This document shows positions 10,958 through 26,264 of a stretch of 64,000 nucleotides of DNA, piece by piece (positions within the stretch are counted from its first letter, which is position 1; every line of letters begins with the position of its first letter). The notes under the pieces were generated by a model. It was not told the DNA's origin. It worked only from the letters and a program-made list of their open reading frames with translations, and searched no databases. The translations under genes and the position numbers were made by a program. The stretch is from Paraphysomonas bandaiensis (Eukaryota > Protista > Chrysophyceae), in NCBI GenBank assembly GCA_965644295.1, contig CBFFRP010000217.1, forward strand, positions 310,001 to 374,000, read 5' to 3'.

Positions 10958-12612
10958 TCAGCATGTGCAATGTATCTCGTTTTTAATGAGAATTTATGTT
11001 TTCTCTATACTATTTCACGTATCTCACATATTCCTATTGAGTGATTATTGATCTAGATAATAATATGTTGAGTTTTGCAAAGCAAAGTTGAACAAGTAAG
11101 TGCAATTTAAGGGTTTAGTTCATATCCATCAGCAGATACAATAAGTTTAATAATGCGTCATGAAATATAATAGATACAAGATTGCCTCATTCCGAAAATC
11201 CGAAAACAAGATTGCCTACTTTAAAGCTTTAATGCTGCTATTTATTAAACAAAACACCGCATGTACCTTTATAGAAATCTTAACGAATTCTTTGGGTGTG
11301 ACATCAAGTAGGCTTCAATTAGATCTACACAATACCAATGACCAGATGTGTCAGATACTTGACACAAGGGCCATAATAGCTACGATATATTGAGTATTGA
11401 CCATTTTCAGATGATTAAGATCGTTTCAAGAGAAGTTTAAGTTAGTCAAACTAGATAGATTACGTTATTATAATTGTATACACGATTGTGAGTGTTGTCA
11501 TGAAACACATGTCAACAACATGATAAATTATTTCGTTCATGTCAACCACTGCTCAACTTCCGCATTTTGAATCGTCATGATATAATACTTCAGTTTCACA
11601 GTTATAGCTATATAGCACCTTTGACCATTGACTACATATTACTGTTTTTTTCACATTGTATTTAACGTATTCTACAGTACTATCTTAGAGAACCATACGT
11701 ATTCCAACACGATAATCCCTGCATATTGCATAAGAGGTGGAGGCTAACATAAGCGGTGTCATTTCTAAATCCACAAAGTTTTCATTAGTTTCTACTAAAG
11801 TTGTCAGGTGTTTCTACTAAACTAAAAATTGCAGTTGAGCTATATTTAGATTTAGTAGAATCGAATAAACTTAGTATTTAGAATTAATGTCTGCAAAATT
11901 TAGTAGGGACAAATATATTACCGCCCGCTAACACGGGTATGGGTGGTAGGGTGCCTCTCGTAGAATATGAGCTCGTTGTATGTGAGCAGACGAGATGACA
12001 AGAATCGGAGTTACATGTGTGACTTGGTAACTGTACCGGCGAAGCAATGGAAGAACACGGCGGCCATACTGTCCAGGGCCATTTAACAATTAATGGTAAT
12101 ACCATTATAATTGCCGGGAACTGGGCACTCATTAATGAGCCATTCATGGGATTCACTGGTACTTGACACATGATAGAATTAGATGTTTTTAAGATATAGA
12201 ATCTCTATTCCCTGAAGAAAGTCGACACAATGTTCATGTAACTCTACAGACACTTTTCGTGGCCACTTTGCGCATTATCAGCGGTAACCTTAATGATTAA
12301 TGAGTTAGAAAATAGCTTCGTGAGCAATAACATACTCGACAATTGAATGGTGTTAGCAATTAAAGCTTTCGTTGTGTTATATATAATATAAATGTCCATT
12401 ATCCCATTATAGTTGTCGAGATTTTTAACTTAATGACATCTCTTAACACATACAGCTAGTTGCAACAAGAGTGCAGTGTTGAGTATAGAATAGATTTATC
12501 CTGAAAGTGATCTATCCCTTACGAAATTATATCATTTATCTTACAACAACGTAACACTACGCCACAGTGTGCTTCTAACAATAGATTCGTAAGACTACGC
12601 TCTCCTAATGCC

Positions 12613-14064
<1,452 letters not shown>

Positions 14065-14192
14065 AGGAAGCCCAGATGCTCATAGGAATTCTATGCACAA
14101 GATCTTAACATCAGCAACCAACCTACGCGTCACGAAGCAATTGTATGTATATACGTACCTTCCTGCCACTGTACCTATCTACCTATACGTAA

Positions 14193-14241
14193 ATACATAC
14201 ATACATACATACATACATACATACATACATACATACATACA

Positions 14242-14275
<34 letters not shown>

Positions 14276-14701
14276 CATACATACATACATACATACATAC
14301 ATACATACATACATACATACATACATACATACATACATACATACATACATACATACATACATACATACATACATACATACATACATACATACATACATAC
14401 ATACATACATACATACATACATACATACATACATACATACATACATACATACATACATACATACATACATACATACATACATACATACATACATACATAC
14501 ATACATACATACATACATACATACATACATACATACATACATACATACATACATACATACATACATACATACATACATACATACATACATACATACATAC
14601 ATACATACATACATACATACATACATACATACATACAGACATACATACATACATACATACATACATACATACATACATACATACATACATACATACATAC
14701 A

Positions 14702-14730
<29 letters not shown>
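14193..14730. repeat. (TACA)n = (TATG)n tetranucleotide microsatellite, ~540 bp
   Basis: Directly visible and nearly perfect. It reads TATG on the hpsN sense strand and ends ~130 bp upstream of the hpsN ATG. Confidence 0.99.
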
Positions 14731-14734
<4 letters not shown>

Positions 14735-15579
14735 TGTGGTGTAGCATCTAATATCTGATATGGTGCCCTGTCACAGATCTCGGGTGCGTTAAAAGTTCGA
14801 CGAAACCACTGTTCTTTTTGTCTATGTAGATTACCTTATGAACAACAATCTCTCCTTGCAGATTGATCTCAGGACTCTGGTCCTGTTCCAGATGAAGCCA
14901 TTGAGCAGGCAGTTAATCTGCTTCGGAGTGGACATCTGAATCGATATGGAGAGTTCTATAGTAGCACACTTCTGGAGTATAAGTTTGCTCAATATGTTAT
15001 CGCGAAGGGGGGATTCATTACACGTGATGAAGGGGGGAGTCTGGATTTGATGACGACGAGCATGCAGTTCAGGCTGTGGCATTGAATTTGTTTGGCCGAG
15101 CTTATCCCGTGGGGTATACAAGTCGATACCCACAATGGGAGTACATTTCTTCTCCTCTCTCCAGTGGTAGTGGTGCATTAGTCTCCACGACAACGAGGCA
15201 ATACCTCCCGAACACAACCAATATATTGCGAACTACATTTGACATGTCGATGCCCTTGTTTCTAATATGTGAAATATACTTACGGATAATTGTTATCCCT
15301 ATTAAATATTCTTAAGTCAGCAAGGTTTATAATATAATTAACATGTTAAAGTACTAAAATTGGATGAGCAATTTATATTCGTATTCAATACTGTATTCAA
15401 ATAACCATCGTATCAAGAACAAAATGATACTAACAACGTTAGTTTTCTCAAGCAATCAATGTAGTAGAAAGAGAAAAAAACAGGTGAAAACTAGCTAGCA
15501 AATTATATCTCCACAGAACGGAATAAGATCATCATATTGTGCTTCAGTGGGTGCCCTTACACCATGAAAATAAAAAGAT

Positions 15580-16901
15580 TCACATAATCGTACAGACAGA
15601 AAAACGCCCAGCCCTAGCTGCAACGCGCTGTTCAATGGCTTGTTTTCTGCGTACAAGCTTGCAGTCCGCCTTTATCCTCTTTGATAGTTCTTGCTGCTGC
15701 TCCTCTGTGAGTTCCTTATATTCCGAACACCACTGAACTTCCTCCAGATTCCTAGATATGTATTGTAACACCGCGCTCTGCATACTAGGACTTCCAAAGA
15801 TATCAGCAAAGTTATGAATTGATATGGCAGTAGATGCATCAAGCATTGTAGAGACAATGGCATGCTCGCATATAGCGCTCAGAAGAGAAACTTGGAATTT
15901 GGCTGCCACTACAAGCAATTCCCGAGCATACTCGGACAGAACCTTTTCACTACAATATCACAATTATAAAAATCAAAAAATAATAAATACTGTAAAATAA
16001 GTTCTATATAAAATAGAAATACCTGCAATAGTCAGTGTATAGAAAATTCAAAAAGTGTTCCATAACTGTTGGGTCTTCCTCTTCCAGAGATATCATCCCC
16101 GTCGTGTTTTCCAAAGTAGGATGTGAAAGCATAGCTTTAAAAACAGGAGATCTTGCACTGAGAATGCATCGATGTAATGGAAATTCGCGAGACCCCCCGA
16201 TTATAATCTTTATATCACTGTTACTGCTTGACGGGGACGATAGCAGAGACCGCATGTCCTGGTCTAGTGTAGATCCCTCACCTACAAAGTTGCAATAATG
16301 CTCTACGTCTCCATACACGGTAATCTCCACAGCGAATACAACTGTGTCATTAATACGATATGGTGATTCAGCTGCTAAGCGCTCCTTCATAATAAATCTA
16401 TCTCTACCTATAATTGCCTTTATTGTTAACGCACAAAATGAGATATACTAACGTACCCCAACCGTCAATCCTTCCCTGACCCTGAGTGTCGAAGAGCTTC
16501 ACACCGGCAGAGGTGAATATTATCTCATCTTCGTTAGTCTCCTGATTGTGAATGAAAAGCTTATACGTCGCCGACACTGCATTCGACGATCTGTTTGCGA
16601 GATACAGTGACACATAGTTGCTATGCTTCATGGCACTTCCTCCTATCGAACACATTAACTAGAGTGCATATAGTCACTTAACTAGACCTGGAAATATTCG
16701 GATTTTCCATTTGTGACCACACAGTTCAACTAAAGGTGACTCAATATGGTCTCCAACCAGTTGAGGGATAGCCTGCCAACCTGATAATAACTCATGAGTG
16801 TGATATCGCCATAGCAGAGATATATACGAACCAACAACACTGTGTGTAAACTTTCCTGTTAATCTTTTTACTCTAGAAGTAGTGCTAACCTCTTGCATCA
16901 T
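15580..16901 (-). CDS. MATH-BTB protein (SPOP/BPM-like Cullin3 adaptor)
   Basis: MATH: GHKWKIRIFPGG, YVSLYL, GWG, DTVVFAVEITV. BTB: SDIKIII..FPLHRCILSARSPVFKAML, FLNFLYTD. BACK-like: AAKFQV..L..ICE. Four GT-AG introns link the ORFs. Confidence 0.88.
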
Positions 16902-17554
16902 GTTAAATATATATGGTTGTGGTATAGTTATACATAGGAATGGTATGAATTCTATGAGGTGTCGGCTATATGTAGATATCGTCTAATAGTCCCTATATAA
17001 CTATACGATACTACACTATACTATACTGCTACTTCATTTCATTGAACTATTCGATAATAAGAACTATGCGACACTTTCCTGTACTTTACATTGAATGTAG
17101 GGGTGAGCGATCGAAGAATATCAAGTGACCTCTCAAGGTAATGTATGCTAAAAGTGTGAAGTGTATTAATATCTTTTTTATAGCCAATGAAAATAGAGTA
17201 TTTAGAAATGATGAGAAAGGATTCGTTCATTGAGAATCCCATGAGGGACACAGCAACACTTTTCCAACACATACAAAAACAGAAGTTCATTCATATGTTT
17301 CAGTATAAAAAAAAACAAGTAGGAAGTACTACGAAGTCATGTATAGGTGTAGGGATATGTACAGTATGTATGTCTGCGTATCTACATTCTGCATCCAGAG
17401 TACACGATACTATACCATACTACGCATACATGCATGTACAGAGAGCAGTGTATGCAGTGCGTATATATAGCTAGAGGCAGTATCATACTGCCTGATTCCA
17501 GCATATAAACCAGCCTGATGTTACTGGGTGCTGTTGAGGAGTAGACTGATAGTA

Positions 17555-20500
17555 ATGGCAGACCCTGATAGTGATCCTATGGATGTGTGTGAGTCTCTAG
17601 ATGAGGACTTTATAGGCGAGCTGGAGACATCTATCCGCAGGAGCATCAATCTATCGAAGCTGTCTTTAACTGACCCCTCACCTCTTCATCCATCTCCTCT
17701 GTTGAATCATAAGGGATCAGTAGAGATATCACCGGCAGATGCAACCAACAGAACGACACTCACAGCGTGGATGATAAGCAAAGCTGATATACTGCCCGCT
17801 CTATCCGCACAGTATGCTACTCTGTTTGTCAGTCATGGTCTAGGATCTATTAAACGACTTGCTAAGAAAATAAAGAAATCTCCTGATTTTTTGATATCAG
17901 TTGGAGTGCATCACTCTGATGCTGATCTCATACTGGCTGCTCTGAGGAATGAAAAATTATTAGAGATGCCTATATTCGGTACCAAATCTGAGCGATCGTC
18001 CTCAAAGCGCACAACGAAAGGCAGCTCCTCCGATACGGAGAGAACGGGCAAGACTTCATCTCCGTCTTCGTCTCGTATATTGTCGGCTGGTGACTTGCCC
18101 GTAAAAGTTAAAGTCTCGGTTGAGGAGATATCCAAGAAACTCCAACAGGTGATCGACTCCGAGGATTCGTTGACGGTTGAAGAACTTGCCAAGGAAGCAT
18201 GCCGTGATATTATATCGGCTGCTGGTGAGAGTGCAGAGATGCAGGCGGCCCTGGGCACTGCTGGTATTTGTGAGGACATTGTGTCTCTCATCACTATATA
18301 TACACCATCTTCGGCCCGGGTATTGCAAAATGCTTTTTGCGCACTCTGTACACTCTGTCGTCGACATTCAGACGACAAAACCACGCAGTGCATGGAAAAT
18401 ATTCGGCGTCTCGGGCAAATGCGTGCATGCCAGGCAACTATAACAGCACTGCGCCGCTACCCCGACACCCTTCTGGTGGTTAAGTGGACCGCCATCGCTG
18501 TCAGGAACCTGTGCAGTCTGGACGCTAATAGAGCATTCTTCGGTACTAGTGGTGCATGCCATGCTCTTATGCAGACTGCCCGTGCGTACGAAACTAATGA
18601 GGACGTGTTGAGGTGGATGTTTCGGGCAATGGGTAACTTGGCCAACGGCAACAACGAGAACCGCATGAGTCTTGTACATCACGGTCTCTGTGAATTTTTG
18701 ATATCTGCGATGGAACGATATGATAGTCACCCCCTTGTGCTAGCGGATAGTTGCTGGGCACTAAGGAGTCTAGCAGTAGGGGATCAATCATGTCGCTCAC
18801 GTCTGGTACAGCTGCGCTCCTGTGAGATTGTGTCCCGCACCCTGAAGGATCATTTTAGCACTGATTTCGTAGTGACAGAGGCTTGTCGTGCTCTTTTGGC
18901 CCTTGCTGCAGACTCGGAGGATACAGTTCAAAGGATCGGTGCGAACGGCTCTTGTGCATCCATTACAATTCCTCTTTTAGGAACTGCTAATTTTGTAGAT
19001 GGCTTGGTGGTGCATCCTTCTCAGACGACATGCTGCGGGGAGCAGGCAACCGTGGCCTGTCTGTCTGCGATATGTTCACTAGCGGTAACAGATACTATGC
19101 GTGGACTATTTTTTGAAGTCGGGGCATGCGAGTCTATTGTTTCTGCGTTTACACACCACGTACGCTCATCTGATGTTGCAATATGGGGGTGCAAAGCAAT
19201 CCTGAAACTGTCATCATCCTCGGTGGCACCGAAGAAAATGCGTCGTGCCGGGGTGTGCCAGTGCTTGGTGGAGCTCCTTGGTCGGGAGATTGTAAACCGG
19301 GACGCAGAAGTAGCTGAATGGGCAGGATTGTGCGTCAGTGTTCTGGCAATAGACAAAATCAACCGTGAGGCGCTTGCCAACGAGGGTGTATGTCAGGTAG
19401 TTGTAAATTCACTGATGCAGCACCAATCTAATCCTGATGTTGCCTATCGCGTCTGCGGTGCTGTGCATTTCCTGGCTATTGACGACTCTATTCGTGAAGA
19501 ATTGGGGAAAGCCGGGGCATGTGAGGTAGTGTCTTGTGTGCTGCAGCTTCACACAGGTACTGCGCGCTCTCTAGCTTCTCTGGAGGGGCTACATGAGGGA
19601 GCAGTGCAGGCAAGCGCTCGGGCACTTGGTAGCCTTGCTTGTGAGAGTCCTGTTAATTGCGCCCGTCTATTTGAGGCAGGGGCATGTAATGCCCTCATGG
19701 AGGCGTTCATTACATTCCGTCACAGTGCTGCTATGATGGAGTTTTGTTGTCGTGCCTGTGCGAGAATGTGCAGGGAGGACCGCTGTACTAGTCTTTTGGG
19801 AGCCAATGGTGCTTGCGAGTGTGTGATTTATGCACTTGAAGAGTACAACTCACGTGAGGCAGTTGTCAAGCACGGTATGCTAGCTGTGTCAGCAATGACG
19901 GAAACAGAATCGGAAGTGATATCTGTACGCGAAGTTTGTGACGAGAATATTAGACGATTTTTGGTGGTTGAACGATCAATTGGCGTTATCATCAAGGCTT
20001 TAGAAATGCATGCTGAGATTAACGAGGTGATTGCCACTTGTGGCTGTCGTGCTTTGGGCAGGCTGTATGATGCCGAAGCTGTTGGTCAAAATAAGCGGTC
20101 TGCTGAGGAGAGTGAAGCTCATAGGCAGGGTATAACGGAAGCGTGCAAGGTTGTTGTCACTTGTATAGGAGCACACTCTGTGAATCAAGAGGTGCAAATA
20201 GAGGGTATTCGCACTGTGTCTATCATTGCTCATAGTAGCAAAGAGAATAATGCTATCCTGGGGGATCTAGGGTATATTGGCGTCCTTGTGACTACTCTCA
20301 TGCAGCATAAAGAGGATTCCCGCATTGTGTCAGCGTGCTTCGAGTCTCTAGTCAGCCTCGTGGTGCCGGATGATAAATGCAAGCTTCTTTGTGATGCTAA
20401 AGGGTGCGAGGCTGTAGTGAATGCATTCAAGACCCTTGTCGCTAACGTGGCTGTGGCCAGGTACTATCTGAAGATTTGTATGATTGGTGATATATTTGTA

Positions 20501-23052
20501 GCCGATTTCGGTATCTTATTCTATACTTACTTGTATCCTGCAGATGTGGTTGCGAGCTCCTTCGTATAATGGCGAGATGCGATGGAACACGGCGAATGCT
20601 TGGGGTATTTCATATATGTGATGTGCTAATATCTGCTGTTGAAACGCACTCCGCTCCTGAGGGTGACATGAGTGTTATTGTGCCTGCTCTCAAGGCTCTT
20701 GGCTCGATGTGTGTGCTAGACAGTAATACGGCTGCTCTAAGTTCATCGAGTAAAGCAATCAGCATGTTGTGTGTGCTTCTGCAGGAGCGCAAGGATGATC
20801 TTGAAATTATTGAGTGGGCATGCCGCGTTGTACTCATTCTACTAGCATACGTACCTCAAATTCCTGAATCTGAACTCGAGCAGCAGCAAGTGAAAAGCAG
20901 TCGTAGCACTGGTACATTGCCTCCTCTGTCGGATGAGCCGACCACAAACATTGGGTCATCCAGTCCAAGGCGTGTTTATCATGGTCACTCTCTGGCAAGT
21001 GTTTCTCCTGACCATTCACCATGTAGCCTCAGTCCAGTATGTGGTGACAAAAGCTGTGCGTACGTTACATACCATCCGAACACGGAGTCGTTTCTGGGAT
21101 CTCAACTGCACGTTATTCTGGGCGAGCTGTTAAGTCACCATCGCAACAATGAAACTTTGGCATGGCTGGTGCTGGAGGGACTTGCGTTGCTGACAATGTC
21201 AGAGAATGGGGCTGCATCAGTCGTTTCAGAGGAGGAAGTGGATTTTTGTGCTTTAGTATGCACTGCGCTGCAGATTCACCTAGAGCAGAGTGAGAAAACG
21301 GAGCTAGCTGCATGCAAGGTAATTGCAAATATTTCGGGCTTCAGTGACTACTCTATTCTAATGGGTAACGCCGGAGCTTGCGGGCTGGTCGTCCCATTCG
21401 TAAAGCGATATTATGATGAGTCGCCCGATTGTGTGACTATCGGTTTCACTGCCATGGCTTACCTATGTAAGCGGAATGCCAGCAACAAGATTGCCTTGGC
21501 AGCGTCAGGAGCTTGCGAAGTGGCGTTCACTTGTCTTCAGAAGTACGCATTTCTACCGGATGTTGTGGGGCATGTGCTCCACGCTATTAAATGTCTCTGC
21601 TCCCAGAATAAGTTTAATACTACCAAGTTAACAGCCGCGGGTACTCTTGACTTCATCATTCAGCATATGATTGAAACTGAAATATTGGGAGCTGATCCAT
21701 CTTTACTTGGTACATCGTTATGGTGCATTGGCCACCTGCCTCCTGCCTCTCTTTCCATCCTGGCTGCTCCAACTGTGACGACATTCGTGATGCGTTCATT
21801 AAGTTCTCATTCTGTAGCTGGCGGAAATCCCTATGTAGTGTTATGTGCATGTGACGCGATATACGCCCTTTGTTTGTATGTTACTGACAGCAGAAGGCGA
21901 ATCGCTGATATGATGGGATGTGATAAGCTTATTACAGTATTGGTTCAGTTTGAAAAGGATGAAAATGTTCTTCATAGCGCTTTAATGGCGATAGCAAACC
22001 TTGTGGATCGTACTCCTGACAACCAGAGCCGGGTTAAGGCCTCCTTTGTTCTCAAGACTATGCAGGTTCGGTGCGATAGTGTGGTTGTCGTTCGCGGAGC
22101 ACTGGCAGCTCTTTTAGGACTCGTTCATGATAATCCATCTCATCCTTCTAAACTCAATACTGTAAGTGCCGTCAAAATAATTCTGAAGGGGATTTTTTTG
22201 CACAAGGCCTGTGAAATCGTTGCCAAGCGTGGAAGTAGTCTACTTGCTCTACTAGCTGCTCACGATAAGAGCTACCAGAAGACATTAGGCAGTGAGGGTG
22301 CGTGTAATATAGTAGTGGAGGTAATGAAAGTGCACGACAGTAATGTCGTCGTTCTAAGAGAGGCATGTTGGGCCCTATGCAGCCTTAGTCATAAATTTGA
22401 TAGCAACCGGACCAAGATCATTCAGATAGGTGGTATAGAATTGCTCACAGGGATTCTGAAACGTCATTCTGGGAGCGAGCCGGTTGTGTTATGGGCCTGT
22501 GGTACTTTGGCTAACATTGCGGCAACCAAGACCGGAAGTAACTCACCCCAGTTTATGGAGGCAGGAACTGGGGTGATGGTAGTCGAGATTCTACAGATGT
22601 ACGGGCTCGGGGGTACTGAAGGGAGTGAACCAGTATTGCGATATGTATGCTGGGCGGTAGGTAATCTAGCGACAGTACCGGTGCTCTGTGCCAGTCTAGG
22701 AGAGGCTGGTGCCTGTGAAGGGATTACACTTGTGTTAATGAAGCACGTGGGTAGTGCTGCCGCTGCTCAGCTCGCCTGTACGGCGATATTTCACTTGGCC
22801 AAGCTACCAGAAAATAAGAAGCGATTGGAAGACGCTGGAGCTGTCGCTGTTGTTGACATGTGCCTGCAGCAGCATGCTACAAACGATATTGTGATGAAAT
22901 GGGCGAAGAAAGCAAAATCTGTACTCGCAAACACCAGAGCGTTTCATAGCTTCAGCTTCAGTAAAGGGGACTTGCGTGTCAGTGAGGAGAAGTCGAATAG
23001 TGAAGGATCTGTTTCTGGAGACGAAAGAGATGGTGATAATGACAATGCTTGA
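17555..23052 (+). CDS. Giant armadillo-repeat protein (~1800 aa) with N-terminal SAM-like module (paralog 1)
   Basis: ATG at 17555; intron 20461-20543 joins the two long ORFs in frame. Many repeats of the form LGxAGACExVVxxLxxHxxxxxVxxxACxAIxxLA. Confidence 0.85.
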
Positions 23053-23473
23053 GATGTGGTGTCTTTTGAGCTGCACATAGCTACTAATTGAATCGTAGTT
23101 TCTGTCAGAAATATTTGTTGTTTTATCCTCCTATCCATACCAAATACCAACTACATTAATAATTAATTACGAGATGTATTAGTTGTGTACACTCACCATT
23201 TTGTTTAGTGCAGAGTGCAGACACTTCTCTGTATTCATCGTTTACCGCTGATTCATATTTCCCTTCTGAACAATTTTCACTTTCAGATGGAACAAATCGA
23301 GTGAAGATGGTGTATGCACCAATTAAAATCTCTCTCTATGCATAAGGGTGACCGTCGGAGTCAGCAGCACTAGCATGGGTTAAGTGTGGTAGTCATAAAT
23401 GTGAAGTTAGTAATGATGATGCAAATGACAATATGCATCCCATATTACTACGATTCTGCGCAAACATAAAAAC

Positions 23474-24350
23474 CAGGACTAGGGAACAATATATTGCAAT
23501 GCTATTGTTAGATAGCGTTCCGTCAATACTATGTGTAATAACCAGCCATCTGGTTATTTTATGCTACATGCTGGAGAAGTTTACTGGAGAATTCCGGGTT
23601 TGATATCCACGCTGATAGACGTGTATTGCCAGATTATCCAGTAATACAGTTGTACTTATGTATTTCATTAGATACTTATTGTTTATTGAGCTGTACTTGG
23701 AAGTACGTATACAAGGCTTCAACTACAAGGAGAATACTGAATGTATCTTCCCCTATGCATTGATGATGGATCAGTTGTGATCAGGCTGAGCTATTAGTAA
23801 TGTATATGGATGAAGGTCATTCCTGCAGGCCTTCCTCTGGCCTGGGAATCATATGTATATATTGATTATTGATAATAAGATGCAATTTCTGTACTTTGGA
23901 AGTTGCTTGTAGATAGTATTATTGTAGTTGTAGTCATATTCATTGTTAGTTATCTATTATTACCATGGAGGGAAAACCTGAAATGGAGGTTCATGACTCT
24001 AGTCTGTTTCAGTTAGCTCTGAGAAGGATCAGAGCAATGATTATTGAAGAACAACAGTCGATATCGAGTGCTGATGAGCAGCGTGTCAGAGATATTGGAC
24101 TCGTTACTGGATTAGATGGTGCTGACACCAATAGGAGGGTGTTACATATGCATGGAGATTTTAAAGCAACATATTGCAGTATATTAGTATCATCATTCAG
24201 TAAGTAAACATATCCGTAGAATCCATTTTTATTACTAGTCATTGAGACATGATAACCAAACCCACTACGCTGGCAAGCAGAGACTCTAGCTACTGTTGAG
24301 CTGGTCACAATTTCCCCCTCATCGGTGATGTCAACATCACCATACTCATA
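23474..24350. mobile_element. Diverged relative of the hAT-like element at 56416 (left TIR plus internal homology)
   Basis: 23474-23533 (caggactagggaacaatatattgcaatgctattgttagatagcgttccgtcaata) matches the left end of 56416. ~24170-24350 matches ~56537-56713. No right TIR was found. Confidence 0.7.
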
Positions 24351-25720
24351 TACATATCCTGGCAGTTGTACTCTGTACTCACATCCACCCAGCTATACGC
24401 TCCTATGTAATTAGGATATCGCAACCTCTAATATGGAGACATACACAGACCTGTAACTAATCTGATCAATACAAAAAACAAAGTAGGGATAGCAGGTCGG
24501 ATTCTTCCCTCCTATTGGACCTCCGTGAGTCCCGAGACCCACTATCTCTCCTAGATCGTCCCTTTCGATGACTAACCGACCTGCTACCCCTACTTCTTCG
24601 GTATTTGCAGATACTACGGCTTCGCGACCTACTCCGACTTCTCCAAATGTTTGAATGGTAACGCGACCTGCTCCTCCTATGCCAGACTGAATCCTCCGAC
24701 TTACTGACAGAACGACTTTGGGAGCGCCCACCGGCTTCAACGGCAGGAACAACATTCCCTTCCTCCTGCACGACAGCCTCTGCCCTTCCCTTCCAAATTA
24801 GAGCAATTTGGGTTCGAAGTTCCCTCTTGTGGGCTTGCTTCTGCCGCTGAGCATAATCGTTCAGTGGGTCCTGCTTGGACCCTACAACGCAATCCGTAAA
24901 TTAAATAAGTCAGGCCACTGTTGTCAGTATACGTTATAGCATTATGTAATATACGATATACATCCATCTCTTATCTACGACAGCACCTACATCTTGATTA
25001 ATGTTATATGTAAACCTCAGTCATATTTACAGGACACAACAGATCATTACGAATGATACAGCATTAGGAGTCATATGGTCGACAGGCTCTTCACTGGTTG
25101 GGTCGTAAGAGGCGTCCCTGTACCACATACATATACTCCCACCACTTCCACAACTCATCCACACTCTCATACTACTCATATGCTATCCTTATAGAGGAAG
25201 TCCTCATATGGATGATCACCACCAGCTCCACTAACAACAGCGTCACAGTCTTCTAACGGATACACATGCTTCCACAGCACCATTAATGCAGATACACCAT
25301 ATAAAATAACACACTCAGAGGCGCATTAGTGGTGAACGCTTCTGGTTCAGCTATATGGCTATTCAGGGTGCTCCATGCGGTCTATGCATGTATATGTGTG
25401 TGGGGGTTCTGTATGTATGTGTGTGTATCTGCTGCGGTATTATTCATATGATCATACGAGTCTCTCTCCTCATGAGCAGCACACACCACTATACACCACT
25501 ATGACCACACACTGTTGATAGTCCTCACTCGTGTCTGTGAGTAGAGGCAGCAAAAGAGCCTCTGAATCATGTACTCGTATATGCATATATCCACATCACA
25601 TTCACTTCGAAGTGAGCCAGAGATATACACTCATATACGCACACGTATACCAATGTATTCCATATACACAGTATACAGAGAATACGTTGATTGCACTATA
25701 CATGTAGGAAGGTGGGTGGG

Positions 25721-26214
25721 TATGTATGTATGTATGTATGTATGTATGTGTAGGTAGGTAGGTAGGTAGGTATGTATGTATGTATGTATGTATGTATGTA
25801 TGTATGTATGTATGTATGTATGTATGTATGTATGTATGTATGTATGTATGTATGTATGTATGTATGTATGTATGTATGTATGTATGTATGTATGTATGTA
25901 TGTATGTATGTATGTATGTATGTATGTATGTATGTATGTATGTATGTATGTATGTATGTATGTATGTATGTATGTATGTATGTATGTATGTATGTGTGTA
26001 TGTATGTATGTATGTATGTATGTATGTATGTATGTATGTATGTATGTGTGTATGTATGTATGTATGTATGTATGTATGTATGTATGTATGTATGTATGTA
26101 TGTATGTATGTATGTATGTATGTATGTATGTATGTATGTATGTATGTATGTATGTAGGTAGGTAGGTAGGTAGGTAGGTAGGTAGGTAGGTAGGTAGGTA
26201 GGTAGGTAGGTAGG
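25721..26214. repeat. Compound microsatellite (TATG)n-(TAGG)5-(TATG)n-(TAGG)15
   Basis: Directly visible; ends 50 bp upstream of the AOAH ATG at 26265. Confidence 0.99.
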
Positions 26215-26264
26215 TGGGGCCTCATGTAGCTCAGGTGATAGTTGGGTTATAATTAACGTCCATC

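Noticed and set aside
11884-12171. 95-aa minus-strand ORF in a slightly GC-richer patch
   Set aside because: No motif, splice logic or homology recognised.
14193-14730. CRISPR array or telomere
   Set aside because: Simple 4-bp tandem repeat without spacers; internal location, not a known telomeric unit, eukaryotic context.
14760-15240. ORF 14831-15217 and a GTTCGA box at ~14795
   Set aside because: No recognisable domain or cloverleaf; may be decayed sequence but cannot be supported.
17555-23052. SARM1 ortholog call for the ARM proteins
   Set aside because: No TIR domain and a different domain order; only an architectural analogy.
24466-24771. Second SR-protein gene
   Set aside because: RS-rich fragment without an RRM or coherent exon structure, lying in decayed TE-associated DNA.
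26217-26260. tRNA-like 5' half (GCCTCATGTAGCTCAGGTGATAG)
   Set aside because: No anticodon or T-arm (GTTCRA) and no acceptor pairing; it runs straight into the AOAH start.
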